Below, piece after piece: positions 12,050 to 25,335 of a stretch of 64,000 nucleotides of DNA (its first letter is position 1; each line of letters begins with the position of its first letter). The stretch lies in contig RDEW01000004.1 of the NCBI GenBank assembly GCA_011109175.1, positions 272,030-336,029 of the forward strand. Reading direction: 5' to 3'. The translations under genes were made by a program, and so were the position numbers. Under the pieces are notes generated by a model. That model worked only from the letters and a program-made list of their open reading frames with translations. It was not told the DNA's origin and ran no database searches. Source of the stretch: Dicyema japonicum (Eukaryota; Animalia; Dicyemida).

Positions 12050-12530
12050 GGACTTTTGGATAGATCAGTATTCGGTTTCGGCCAGGTTGGTCTTGCAGTG
12101 ATTGTTTTTTCATCTTAATTCGAAATATCAAAGGGATTCTGAAGTGAATGTCATAGACATTCTGACTTCTGTGTGATGTGGTTAATGAGTATTACTGTTG
12201 GCTATTGCTCAGTCATCAGCAGTATATGCGTTTTGTATATCAACTTGTGTTCGTTATAGCTGGTCACTAAAGATCACAACATCTTACTCTTAGGGTGACT
12301 CTTTTCCATAGGATTTTTGAATATCATTATGTTTCTTCCTCCATGATCCTACAGTCGATTTCCCTCGTCGTCATGATAGATGTCGGATATCTGGTCAGTG
12401 GCGGCGAATATTCTGTAGCGGATCCTGTCCACCGAACCAACGTTGTTGCCTACACTACAGGGACAATTTTTTTCAAGGTCGATCGTCACCATCTGAAATA
12501 CGCGATCACTTCCTAAGGATAATACAAATT
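12050..12530 (-). mobile_element. R4/Dong-like RT C-terminal fragment
   Basis: Shares GTCCACCGAACCAAC...GCCTACACTACAGG with 13990-14030; decayed RL...GGRN motif. Confidence 0.5.
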
Positions 12531-12665
12531 AATAATTACATCCAGTGGATATTTAATATCCTTTAACGAATTAAGGTTTTTAAACGTGGCAGCTTTAATG
12601 CTTAACAATCTATTTCCGGATATGCGCACTGTATACGTAGAATGTTTTTGTTAGGGAGATTTTTT

Positions 12666-12780
12666 TCAATAATGTCAAAAATTAATATGTTCTTTAAAAT
12701 TGTTTAAAACTTATAAAAATGTAATTTTTAATCAAAAATATTAAAAAACGAGTTTTATTTTTACGGAAAACAATTAAATC
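12666..12780. repeat. AT-rich dispersed repeat (possible MITE remnant), copy 1
   Basis: TCAATAATGTCAAAAATT...AAAATTGTTTAAAACTT is shared with 21050-21168. Confidence 0.6.
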
Positions 12781-12799
12781 AAAATTACTACTCGCTTCT

Positions 12800-15600
12800 A
12801 GACCTTTCTCCTCTTAGAAAAAGAGTCGTTGACCTGGACCCCATCAGTTTCCACCTCACTCAGGTTACCTGGAACGTCATTATACTGGGCTGCCATTCCA
12901 CCAGGTGGATGCTGTAACCAGATCTTCCTAGATCGTGTGGACCAAATACTTATATTCCACCAACATGCTCTCCAACGTCTTTTTGAGGACAATGGGGATG
13001 TATGTTATGGTTGGCTCATCGATTGCGATGGCTCCAAATGAGATCTATAAGCCTTCGAAGCGACACCGTCCAGGTTAAAACAATAGGTATGACTTTGACT
13101 GGAGCACCATAAAGAATCTTGATCTCTCCAGCCAGTTAGTCGTACTTATGAAAATATTCTACTTCAGTCTGCTTCAATAACCCTTGAGAGTAATTCCAAT
13201 TTCAACAAGTAAAATTTCATTCTTCACTTTATCATGGACAAAAATATCAGGTTTATTGAACCTGGCTTGAGTATCTGACTTTATGGATGTGTCCAACCGG
13301 AATTCAACTCTCTGAGTATTGACTATTGAATTGATAGAATGTGTCTTCAGTTTCTTTAACTTTTTGACGCCGTATTCTGCATAAGTGCAAATATATGTAT
13401 CTAACCACTTTATCGTGTCTTCTAATGTAGTGGCTGTTAAGCATCCTATTGCAACGTGTAGCCATATGATCCACCGACTTGTTACAATGGTTACATAGTG
13501 AATATTTATCTGCAAAAAAACAAGTTCCTGTTTTAAGAAGACAATACAAAGCCTCTGATCTCGGACTATTGTTTCCGTTCACCAAACACTCAGCGGATCC
13601 ACCAACATCAATATTTTCATCTTTGCAACAATTAAAGAATATAGAGGAGCGACTTTCTTCTAATACTATCAATTAGGGATTTCTGTTGATATTCCTTGTT
13701 AAGGCTTATTTGGGTGGGGTCCATCTTGTACTTGAAAGCAAGGAATCCTGTGATTGTGGTCATGTGTGTTTTCTTAGTTTTGAGGACCCAAAGGATTCCA
13801 TTTTTTCTGAGACACATGCTGGACTTTGTTTCCAAATCAGCAAGGAAATGGTACAACATACATCCACTTTGATGAGAAATTGAAACAAGCACGAAAACAT
13901 ATAATCTTTCTATGTTAGGCTTTAGATGTACTTTATACTCAGTTAAAATACGGCGAATTTCAACATCAATAGACTCAAATTCCTTCGGTTGTCCACCGAA
14001 CCAACATAGCCTACACTACAGGACACTATTTTCAATGTTAATTAAACCAATGTATAAATTATAAAGGGACAAGGCATACTCGTTAATTACTTTAATCAGA
14101 TTTACACCATTGAACTTAGTATGTACCAAGTTTATTATCCTTTCTCACATTTTCAGCAATAGTATTTAAAACTTCATGTTTCATGACATTACTTCCTTTG
14201 TCATCTAACACTCCGAGGTAGCGATAGCCTTCATGCCCATCCAGGGATTTCACATCTTTCATACATCTCAGATTAGTGCCAGACTTCTTAAAACTCCTCT
14301 TAAGCACAGTGAAATACTCATTTATCATCTTCACCATTGTGTTTTCTCAGTAAATTGAAATTTATTTCCAAAGACCAAATATTTTTAGATCATCTATAAA
14401 AAGTAAGTGATTGGTTGAGTACGTCATCAATGATGAATTACTTTGGGATATATACAATTTTGGATATTTATTATTTAGAATTTTGTTTAAGGGATCCGTG
14501 ACTAAAACATAAAGTTAAGGAGACAGAGAGTCTCCTTGCAGTATTCCACGTTTCAATACAACTGTTCCAATTTTCTCCATATTTAAGATTACTTTGCATT
14601 TGGTAGTTAGATTCCTCACGAAATTTGCAAATAAATTATTCCCATATTTATTATACACTGATTGAACAAGGCTTGCTATAGGCATACACGTGATTGGGCG
14701 CAAATCATCCGGTGATCCACAAGTTATTTTTTAATTAAATATGTTACTCGGCTGTAAAACCACATGTCCGGTAAATATTATCCACTAACGGTTTTCAATA
14801 GCTCATCGTGAAGGTCCTCAAATTTTTTGACAACAAAGCAATTGACACCATCACACCCAGCTGTTTTCCGATTCGGTGAACATTAATTTATGCTCTTGAT
14901 AAAGTCACGCGTTATATCCACTGGAGACTCTTCCACCATAGATATACGTTTTCCGATAGCGCTAATAGATCGTGGAGTTGCAACTTTCTCCCACACCGCT
15001 TCCCAAAAAATACACTCATCTTTTCCAACTTCACACACAGTGCGCTGAGTATCAGTAGTAAGACTTTGATAAAATCTCTTTCTGTTTAATTTGAACCCAT
15101 AATTATCTTTCCTGAATGCTCTCCTCGATTCATAAGTCTCCAATTTTCTTATCCTGTCCTTGATTATAAAAATAACTCTCGTAAGCTCCCCTTTTTCCGA
15201 TTTCTTATATCCATAAGGTATCAAAATGTCCATCATTTTCGCCTTCTTGGTTTTTTGGTCTCCAAACATACTGAGAAAAAAAGGTTATCTTTAAGCTCGG
15301 AAATTATCTCTCCTGTACTTTCAACAAGCTTGCTATTGAGATCCTCCATGTTAATTTATCTTATGCCCAATGCCATGCATAAATTATTTTCGTTATATCA
15401 AGGTCAGCATGGGGTGCACAGCAGTATAATTGGTTATCGCAGCATTCAATCCATTAAACACATCAACTTAGACAAATTTGAATAAGATCTGCAGTTCTGA
15501 AGTCGTAACTTCGGATATTGTATTTTCGTTAATTGCTTCAGTAGGAGGGAAGTTGTTTTTGTTTTTGCGAAACTGACATACAAGGTGCCATTGTTTTAAA
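12800..15600 (-). mobile_element. Decayed R4/Dong-like RLE non-LTR retrotransposon
   Basis: ELNRKRFYQSL, LRPITC, RGILQGDSLSP, YRYLGVLD, CNHCNKSVDHMATRC...RRHDKV, KPDIFVHDKVKNEILLVEIGIT, IVLKKTLES. Confidence 0.85.
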
Positions 15601-16399
15601 GACCCGCAGGAAATAAATCAAAATTATAAATTCAAAATTTTGGGTAATGCCAAAAAAGTCAAAATTTTTATTGATTTTATTGATTAATTTTTTAGTTTTT
15701 GAATAAAATAATGTGTAATCAACCTCGTTCGATCAGGTAGGTCATTGAAAAGCGTACGACTGATATTAGAAAATATACTGATTAATTTTCTATTAACTCA
15801 CGAATTTTCTAAAAACAAATTTTTATTGAATCTATCATCTATTAAACAGTTCAAACTAACAGGTCTATCATTTTTATTACTATATCACAGGTGCTATCTA
15901 AAAATATCTAATTTTCTCGTTCCATCTACTGATCAATGAGGTCACTAATGCTCTCTCGAATGTTTCCTGGAATAAATTGAACATTAAAGTTTACAAAACT
16001 TATTTGAGGTATTTGATATCGCTTTACTTCCTCTATGCAAAGTGTAGAAAATTTATGAATATCTGCCAAAAATAATTCTGGTCAGAATTGGGAGTTGTCT
16101 TGAAGTTTGTGAATATTGAATCTTTATTGATGTAAAAAATAAGTACACAGTCGTTAGGTGTCGTGCAAAGTGGCTTTGGTCACGGGTTCGATTCTCGCTG
16201 CTGTTCACCTGGTGGAAGGTTCCTCGCATCTACGATGCAAAAAGGGCTTGACGAGTGACGCCGTCATCAGTGGACATTCACTGCGGAACTGGATAGTCAA
16301 AAGTGACATACACACAAGAAAAAGAAAACAAAAAAGTGAAGAGCAATCCTTGGTTCTCCCTCTACGATTAGTTATAATAACTGTCCTTTACTTATATAA

Positions 16400-18420
16400 A
16401 GTGTGTGTTCTGCACGGTTAACAAATTATTATTTTACTATCTTAAAAGGTTAATTCTAATTAAAATGTTCTCTATCAAATTCGTTTCCTTTTCGAGCAAC
16501 TATAGGAGTAAACCCAATTGTCACAGTCCTTTTCCTCAATATATATTGACATCACTTCGCTCACACTCTTCTCTATATTCACATAATCCTCCAACAAATT
16601 CTTGTAAATAACGGAATGAAGACTCTTCAATTTTATTTGATTCATTAAACCTTCTTTTTGCATGTTGATATCAATTTTGTATCCAACTCAGAAGTGTCGC
16701 AAACAGAATACTTGTGCCTTAGAAATTCTTCAATTAATGCCAAATGTGTTTTCTCTGAAATTTTGGCTTGAAGAATTGCGGCACTTCTACTGCAAACAGT
16801 ACTTCTGAGTTTCAAATCATGAAAAAATCATATAGCATCTTCTCACTTAGAAGAGAGATTTAGCGTAGTCCTCTCCCAAGGTAATTCCTCGTTAAATAAA
16901 GCCTCTGCTTGCATGCAGGTTTGAGATTAATCAATATGGTGCGGATAGCTGAGTCAATCAAATCGTATTCACAAGATTCCACATTAATGAGTCCCATAGT
17001 TAAATAATAGTTAAATAAAGACATAGCATGCTTGTTAATAGCCTTAAACAAATTCACTGCATTTAGTTCGGTATTCACCAATTTCTCAATTTTTTGGTTT
17101 ATTTGCGAAGAAATTATTTTTAACATTTCTGGCTTTTGAATTTGTCCGGAAGGACCTTCCAATACACTGAGGTATTTATATCCATTCCCTCTAGCAACTT
17201 GGCTTCATCTGATAACAACAAGACATTTGTAGCGGACTTTTCTAGATTCCTTTCCATCCCCACAGCACTGAAATACAAATTAACATCTTCCATCATCTAA
17301 TAACATCTTCACTAGTCGAAATAAGTTTTAAATCGTCAATAAATAAAAGATGATTAGTTGAGAATGACGAGACAGACTGTAAAACGGAACTTTTGGATAC
17401 TTATATGTCAATAAACGGCTAAGTGGGTCAAGCACTAAGACAAATAACATGGGGGATAGACTATCCCCCTGCAAAATTCCCCTTTCAATCTGAATATCAC
17501 GAATATTTTCATTATTCAACATTAGTTTCACTCTCCAATGCATAATCAGTAATCTCACAACTTTAATAATCCATTCGGGGATTCCGGATTTTCAAGGACT
17601 TCCATTAAAAGTTGTGGTCAACCGAGTCAAATGCATTTTTGACGTCAATCCATGCAGCATATAATCTCCTCCATTTACTTTATTAAGTGATTTATTGACT
17701 AGTGCCTGTTCTTTAGCACCCTGACATCTCTTCCTTGTTCCCATCTGGTTTTCAGAAAGAAGGCCGAACGCTTCCACATAATCCGCTAGCTTGGCATTGA
17801 TACACTTTGTCATAAGTTTATAGAGTGACGACATGCATGTAATAGGGCGTAAGTCCTTTGGCGACTGTGGCGCTTCGCATTTTGGGATCAAGTACGTAAT
17901 TACAGTAAAAAACCAGTTTCCAGGGACGTACTCTCCGTTTACAATCCTAAGCATTTCGGTATAAATTCATGCAGAGGTAAATTTCTTAAGGAAGAAATTG
18001 TAGATCCCATCACAACCTGGGGCCTTCCAATTCGGCTTTTCATTATCAATTGAGATATTAGTATTATTTTGTCCTGAATTCAAGTTCCTGTAGAAGGACC
18101 TTCTATTCAATTCGAACATTTGGTTGTTTATACGAAATTTCCTTTTCAATTCAAATGTCGATATTTTTTTCTCCATGACTATAATCTTATCTTAGATAAG
18201 AGACGTAGTTCTTGTTCTTTCTCCGGATTGTTTTTTCCTGTAACCAACTATCGACAAAGCATGGCACGCCATAGACTTCTCGTCAGTAGAAAGAGTCTTC
18301 GTGAAAAAACTTTTCAATAAAACAGAGTGTGATTTCCATTGTTCAATTTTTTTAGTCATATCCTCCATCCATTTTGAGGGCTCAAATTTTTTTGTAGTAA
18401 GAGTTTGATAGGCAGTTTAC
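16400..18420 (-). mobile_element. Second decayed R4/Dong-like element
   Basis: FELNRRSFYRNL, WKAPGCDGIYNF, DLRPITCMSSLYKL, GAKEQAL, RGILQGDSLSPMLF, YKYLSVLE, RLYLTRNYLGRGL. Confidence 0.88.
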
Positions 18421-19678
18421 CCAGCATAAATAATAGAGGAAATTTGATCAATTGACATGGGTGATTGACTTTAATCCAAACATTGATAACACGGTTCAGG
18501 CATTCGAGAATATCCACTTTTACATAAGGAATTTTCTTCGTACGGGGTCTTGAAGAATGGTCAATTGATTGATTCGTCTAGAGCGCGTGCTTTCAATAGC
18601 CGAGGTAGCCCATTGTTCTCAACAATCAGCTGTTGAGGAAAACATTATTGTTCGTAAAACCGGAAATTTCGTGTTGTAGAAGACGCAGCAAAAATTGTAT
18701 TTTATTAACGATTTATGAAAAATTAAAACGTATCTGGAATCTAGACTTTCTGTTAGTAAGTTTTTTCTATTACAGAAATGTAAAAACAAAATACCTCTCC
18801 ATGCATATACGACTATTTGAAAAAATCCTTCCACGTCTATTTAGTAAAGATTTTGGGCAATTTAAAAGTCAATTAATCGAAAAAATTGATTTCTCTGGGA
18901 ATTAGAAATCACTGGAGTAGCACGACCTTCAGGAAACATGTGCTGAATCTAATCAGCGGGTTTGCAAGAAAATTGAACTTTGTTAAAACGATACTTTCAA
19001 AATTCAAAGATCATTAAATTAAACGGTCCTCTGTATACACAATTTATCGAGTCAACCATCAGTTATGGTTCCGTCGGTTGGGGAACAAAATCGTTTCAAG
19101 AGACAAAGTTGGGATCGATACTGAGAAAGATCAGCCTTCGCGCAGAATTAGTTAATTATTTTGGATAAATAATAATAAAGTTAAAAACTCAGTGTTTTAA
19201 ATTTGTAATCCAAATAAAAGTTTTAAGATAAATAGAATAACGGTTTTTAATCTTATGTAGTTTGATATCTATGAACTTATCACTTGTTATCAACAATTCA
19301 GGAAGCCAACAACAAATGACTGGATGTAAGTTCTCGTTGCTCCTTCAATAGATAGTTTATTTATATAGTTTTTGAAGCATTTCGAGACTCCATCCCATAA
19401 CCAGATAATTTAAAAGTAAAATTAATTTATAAAATTTATGATAACCAATCACTGATAAATCAAACTTATTGATGCAACAATAAAAATATTATAAATTGAT
19501 TTTTTTCTTTGTGTTATTTTTATGTTTTAAAATAAAAAATCAATAAATTTGATTCATAAATCTTTAGGGGTTTCCATTTGAGAATATTCTGTAGTACTTT
19601 AGTACTTTAAAACAAAAGTTAAATTGATATTTTACGAGTATTTAAGCAGTCGTGCGTTGTTGCCCAATCGCATAAGCG

Positions 19679-20813
19679 ATGAATAACTCTGCTCCTGCAG
19701 TCAACTTTGAAAGCAACAACAAATGCATTATAACGCAAAATTTTAGTTTGATAATGTCTGCAGCCGGTTTGGTTATCATTCAGCTAATATACTCACTTAC
19801 TATCGCAATATCTCTGTTTTTGAATTGCGTTGTTTTAATAATCTACAGATGTGGTAGAGGAACTGGTGGACTGATGGGAATTTGGATATGTAATTTAGCC
19901 ATATCTGATATTATTATGTGTATTTCTTACATTCCTATTATATTTACTGAAATGATTCAATTCAAGTGGAGAAATGGTCATGTAACATGTCCACTTGTGA
20001 AATTCTTTAAACGTTCATCAATTTGTGCAATCGTATGGTTTGACATAATAATCGCTATTGTCAGATTTGTTGCCCTGTTTAAGCCAATGGCTACTAAAAA
20101 TATAAAACCTTACATAAAAGTGATTGTATTGTCAGTTTGGACTGGTTCTGTGTTAATTTCATCATTCCAAATATATATTACTGACAAACTAAGAGACAAT
20201 GACGATTGCTACATGCACATTGATGTTTGCTATGAACGGTGGACAGATAATAAAATATTACAAGGATATGCAGCAGTTGTTAGTGTATTTCTCTTGGCCA
20301 TACCACTGCTATTAATGACTGTCATTTACATTATCATTATTATTAGACTCTACAAACATAAATCTTGTGGTTCTGTCCCAAGAAAAGTAATTTATTTATA
20401 TATTTAGAAAATATTACTTCCAGTAACAATAATTTTAGTATTTGTGATTTGTACTCTCCCTTATAGGATTACTTATATTTTATACTCTTATAATGAAAAA
20501 TTATTTGAAATTATTACCATTTATGATGCCAGAATATTATATTCCGTCTTTTTCACAATGCATTGGTTAATGATGGTTTCACCCATCGCTAATCCTCTAA
20601 TTTACATGTTTTTTAATATTAACTACAAAGTATATATTTTATATATTAAAGTTACACTTTAAATTGTTAATGATAAAATTATGTCCAATCAGTCACAAAA
20701 CAAGACATAATGTGATTTCCTCTATTTTCGACAATGTCAATTTCAAACCTCTCAGCAATAATTATAAAAATGAACTTTTAAATTATCGAAGTAAAAAAAT
20801 GAATGGACTATAA
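19679..20813 (+). CDS. Class A (rhodopsin-like) GPCR, peptide-receptor type
   Basis: NLAISD (TM2), TM3 Cys, AIVRF, ECL2 CYERW, ICTLPY (TM6), NPLIY (TM7). Introns 20387-20407 (21 nt) and 20630-20651 (22 nt) join all seven TMs and a helix-8/Cys tail; stop at 20811-20813. Confidence 0.92.
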
Positions 20814-21049
20814 TTAGATTTTAATTGGGTCAATGTATTATATTCAATTCCTATTTGTCTAGTCCATTTAAGAGTCATTAATTTTTACCCTCACAAATGT
20901 TTGTCGTTGTTTAAGTAGGAATCCTTATTTCTGTGGTAAATGAGCTATCAACTATTTTAATTTAGTAATCTTGTTAAACACATAAAAGTTATTAGATTAT
21001 TATCTTTTCATTTATCATTTCTGTTCGATAGACGAATTGCCAATTTTTG

Positions 21050-21168
21050 TCAATAATGTCAAAAATTCATATTTTCTTCAAAATTGTTTAAAACTTCAAA
21101 AAATTACTATTTAATCACACAATAATTTCAATTTTTTATGATAGGATTTTTCTTAGAAAAAAACAATG
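21050..21168. repeat. AT-rich dispersed repeat, copy 2
   Basis: Aligns with 12666-12780. Confidence 0.6.
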
Positions 21169-21171
21169 TAT

Positions 21172-21420
21172 GGGGTTCAATTCTACATCGCCACAAGCAC
21201 AGTCAGCATACCAGAGAAGAAAAGAATGCTGGGGTAGGAGAGATATAATGGTTCTATTTTTCCCATTGCCACTGATCACTCCCACATTATTAAATTTTCA
21301 TTGCAAGACCATCGTTAAGGCTAAACAACAAACTAAACGATCATGAAAATTTTGATACAGACTCTCAGTTTGGCTCGATATTCCATTCTTGACCTTACAC
21401 AAGTTCAGAGGGGTCAGGTA
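21172..21420 (-). mobile_element. Decayed 5' end of a LINE carrying a 2A-like (StopGo) motif
   Basis: The reverse complement of 21172-21195 is TGT GGC GAT GTA GAA TTG AAC CCC = CGDVELNP. It follows a hydrophobic run and is truncated before GP. Confidence 0.6.
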
Positions 21421-21539
21421 ATCTCTGACTCCGTTTTAACTTTATATTTATTAAAATTTCTCTCGATAATTTTTTGAGTGTTTCAATAGCTCACTTGACG
21501 AAATTAGTTATATAAACTTTGCTAAAAAAAATTATTTTA

Positions 21540-23100
21540 TTTTTAACTACAAAAACAACAACTACTAAAGTTCCTTATAGTCAAGGCTAGTCTCTCTCGG
21601 AATTGTAAACCCAACTCAATTAGACAGCTCCTTTCCCTAATGCTTCTTGAGATGGACGATCCGGTACGGTTCAACAGGGTCAGTGATATGCTTCCGGGAT
21701 AAACAAACATATTCTTAAATATGCTCGGCCCTAGCATGGCAAAGTTTATCGGGCAGTTTGCAGGACTGTTGAAGAAATATTTTAGAATGACACTAAATTA
21801 ATAGTGAGAATACTTTTATGTGCCCCTTATAATTAAAAAGAATCATGCTTAGAGAAATTTAGGAGCCCCAACTAACAATAAAATTTCAAAAATATAGTTT
21901 TTACAAATTTGGAAACCTGATGGCAATAAGAACCCAACATTAAATTGATAGCTCTTTTGATCTAAATTGTGATGATTTCGAATGTGGGATTTATTAACCC
22001 AAAAACACAATTTTTTAATTACTTAAATTAATTAAGTGATCTCGACAGCCTCAAACAGATTTCTCATTCTTTCCTTGTACGCCTTCTGGGATCCAACGCA
22101 GCTTTTCTATAACGGGATATTTGGAAAATAGAAATTGAAACAGAGTGATGTATATCCTCATAAGATACGTCCTAGCTGTGTACTGTTGGGAGTTGCAATT
22201 CATGCACAGGGAAGCAAATCCCTTTCATTTTGTCGGATAAGGTATTCAAGTGATGAGGAAATCAGTTTTTCTAGTTTCCTAGATTACTAATAGAAGTGGC
22301 TGTTAAGGACTGAATGTAGTTAATTTTTTGTTCGTTCGTGCAGGCCAGATTAATTCTCCATGACGCACAAGCATAGCTGACAGATGGCTCAATGAATGGT
22401 TTGCAGAGTAATTTCAATACTGGGAAAGAGGTCTTAATGCCACCAAAAATAGATTTGATTATTCCTAGTTTTCTTGAGCACCTTCCGGAAATGCGGTCGA
22501 TATGAGAGAAAAAAGACATGTTTGTGTCAAATGTGATTTCCAAGATTTTCAGTTTCTTCGTGAAAGGTATTTTTGTCTGATTTATAAATATATCCAGGGT
22601 CATTTGTCCAAGTCGTTTGTCTGAGGTAAATAAGTACGAAGATGATTTTTCACCAGATATATAACGAATTCTGGCATTTAAAATCAAAAATGACATCTAT
22701 AACTTCATAAACGTAAAAAAATTTAACTCATTAATAAAAGATGACCCATCCCTGGGAACGATCTTTAATCTTATTTACTTTAATTTCAATAGACTTGTCA
22801 TTTTCTTGTCCGGGGTAAACATGGTTAATTGTTAGTTCTCGTTTAACAACAAAAGTAAACCATTCAGGTTATTTTGCATCTCTCCGTAACGTCTTGATCT
22901 CGTGATGCTAAAACGACATCGTCTCCATAAAACAGATGAGATAAAAGTGTTGAATAGTAGCGAGGATAGTAGTGAACTCTAGGGTACCCCATCATGAAAT
23001 GGCAGAGAAACTGATAGAATGTTCTCAAGGCAGACTCGTACCCTCAGGTCGCTAAGAAGCCAAAGAGTTTTAAAATTCCATGTCTGTCTGAAATATTTTA
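21540..23100 (-). mobile_element. Decayed APE-type LINE, RT core and C-terminus
   Basis: GVP*SSLLSSLLFN, YGDDV, KLKILEITFDTNMSF, FIEPSVSYACASW. Confidence 0.7.
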
Positions 23101-23599
23101 TAAGTAGAATTGTTATGAAAAACACTTGAGTAAGAAAATATACTAATGTTTATATTACTAACACTATCATAGTAACAAAATATCAAGAGATTATCTTTTC
23201 TATTAGGTTTTTACACATTCCTCGGTTGCATACTCCAATTATGTTATCTCCAGTTTTTAACTGTCACACGTTGAAGATCTTTAACAAAAAGAATTGGCAA
23301 GGTTGTGCCTGGTCGGCACGGAATTCCGACTTGGCGTCGATAGGATAAGACTAAATCGCCCAGTTTGCATGGTCGTGTCTCAGAATATGTATAAATAGAC
23401 CCCCGCCTGCTTCAGTGAATCTAAACTTACTGTTGCATATATTGCATAATCTAGAGTTTTTTTAATTATTTTTGGCCAGTTTATACCAATAAGCGACGAG
23501 AATGAGATGGCTAGTCCGGAATCACCTGACGGCTATGTAGTTAATAAATTTGTCGGTAATTTTTGGTCTTAATAAATAAATAAAAATCACATGATCTCT

Positions 23600-24240
23600 C
23601 TAACATCGTTCGTCTTCTTAGTCTCTTGTCTGATGTGAAGAGAGTTGTGACGGACTTCTCAGTGATGTAGACAAGTGGTTCTTCATAAACCATTCCTTTG
23701 TTCTAATCTTGAAGTGGCAATCTCGATGTTCAAATCGCGTGTATGTCGTAAGTGAAAAGAATATCATTTTCGACTTCTGGTGTAGGGAGATTGACCAGGA
23801 ATAGGTTGAATAACAAATGAGACAAAATGGATCCTTGAGGAACATCATTCGGATCAAGCCGGGAAATAATTTTGACTGTCTAATGCAGACATGTCTTCTT
23901 CGACCGATAAGCAGGTAGCTAACCAGAATTTTAGCTATCGAAAAATATGTTTTTTGAAAATTTTCAAAAAATCTTTCTTAATACCTAGTCGAAATCTTTG
24001 CACACGTAATTGAAGCAAAGCACAGTCTTTATGTTCCAGGCTGTGCGAAAAACCATATCGTATAAAGTTAGTTAAGGCTGATAAATGGGTCAAGTAGACC
24101 TCTCTTTTAAAAACAATAATAAACTACACAAATGCATTTTGGTCAGGATTCCACTTTTGCCATGCATCTCTGTAAGTCCATCCCCCTGCTTCTCGCAACC
24201 GCCCTCAGATTATCTGCTGTTTTCAGTTTTCTTATGCAAG
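23600..24240 (-). mobile_element. LINE RT fragment
   Basis: DVPQGSILSHLLFNLFL. Confidence 0.65.
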
Positions 24241-24709
24241 TGAGTTGTTTGTCAACCTCTATACGTTGTTTTGTTTAATACAGAAAAGTAAATATGACTT
24301 ATTATTAAAAGCACTTTCACAGAAGCAGAGAACGTTACATTGTGCCACATGTTTCAAAATTTGCTTCACTAGGCGTTTCTATCGTCCTCTGCTTTGCACA
24401 TCTGTCTGTAGATTTTCTAGGTCATCTGGAGATTTAAGTTTTCTCCCAATTCCATTAAGATCCTTGTTTAGAGCCACAGGGAGGGTGACTCTAGGTTTTT
24501 CTCTGAAGATAGTTTGTTTTCATTGTTAGAGTAATTGTCCATTATTATATTTGCAGGAGCGTTTATGTCCATTCTAAGAACGTGCCCAGACAGTCTCCAT
24601 CTTGATTGACTTAATAATTAAAATAAGATATATAAATTGCGTATTGTTAAATAAATCATAAAAAATATGACTTAATAATTAAAATAATTAACTTAAAAAG
24701 GATTTGTTA

Positions 24710-25288
24710 ATGTGTAGTACTTTTGATGAATTAAATCCATACTCTATTGTGTGGACTCCAATTCCAATTTTAAGGTAATCCAAAGGAATAGTCGATTAGT
24801 TGGATAATTCCCATTATTGGACATGTCGGAATTACCACATCCGATGGTATTATTCATGACTTTAGTTATTCTTGTACAATTTCTGTTAATTCTATGGCAT
24901 TCGGGAAACCAACAAAGTAAATAAATAAATAATTTAGAGTTGTTCGAATGATTAAGGGATTTTTGCCTGGAGTACCTGATAAATGGGATGAGGCTATTAA
25001 ACATGCAGATGATTGTTATAGACTCAGGACTGTTTGTTTAATATTTTATAAAGCATAATTTATTCACTGATAACTGTCACAGTCACGTCGCATGTGCTCT
25101 TAATAAGATGGAATACAAAGGCAGAACAAACTACACAATGTTTGATGTTGAGTGGTTATTATTGAGACATGCAAAATATGTCAGGTTTTCCTATACTAAT
25201 TATTAGTTTTCATGGTTTTTTTAAAAGTTGGGGATTTTTTGTTTTACTTTTAGGTATTATTTTTGGACTTAGTTATATTAAATTTTGA
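24710..25288 (+). CDS. TMEM222: Transmembrane protein 222
   Basis: Introns 24775-24799, 24917-24937, 25032-25053 and 25185-25206 give [29 protein letters not shown]...MAFGKP...WDEAI...HNLFTDNCHSHVACALN...YVSFHGFFKSW*. Confidence 0.95.
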
Positions 25289-25335
25289 TTATATTCAATT
25301 ATATCTTTTTTTTAATTAATTTAAAAAAACAAACG

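Noticed and set aside
16145-16215. tRNA gene (T-arm-like CGGG TTCGATT CTCG)
   Set aside because: Only about 30 nt lie between the putative acceptor and T stems, with no proper D or anticodon arms. At most a decayed SINE head.
19291-19398. 35-aa minus-strand ORF MGWSLEMLQNY...
   Set aside because: Too short, with no recognisable motif or splice support.
23262-23590. Solo LTR (TG...CA, TATAAATA, AATAAA)
   Set aside because: No TSD, PBS/PPT, second copy or LTR-element coding sequence was found.
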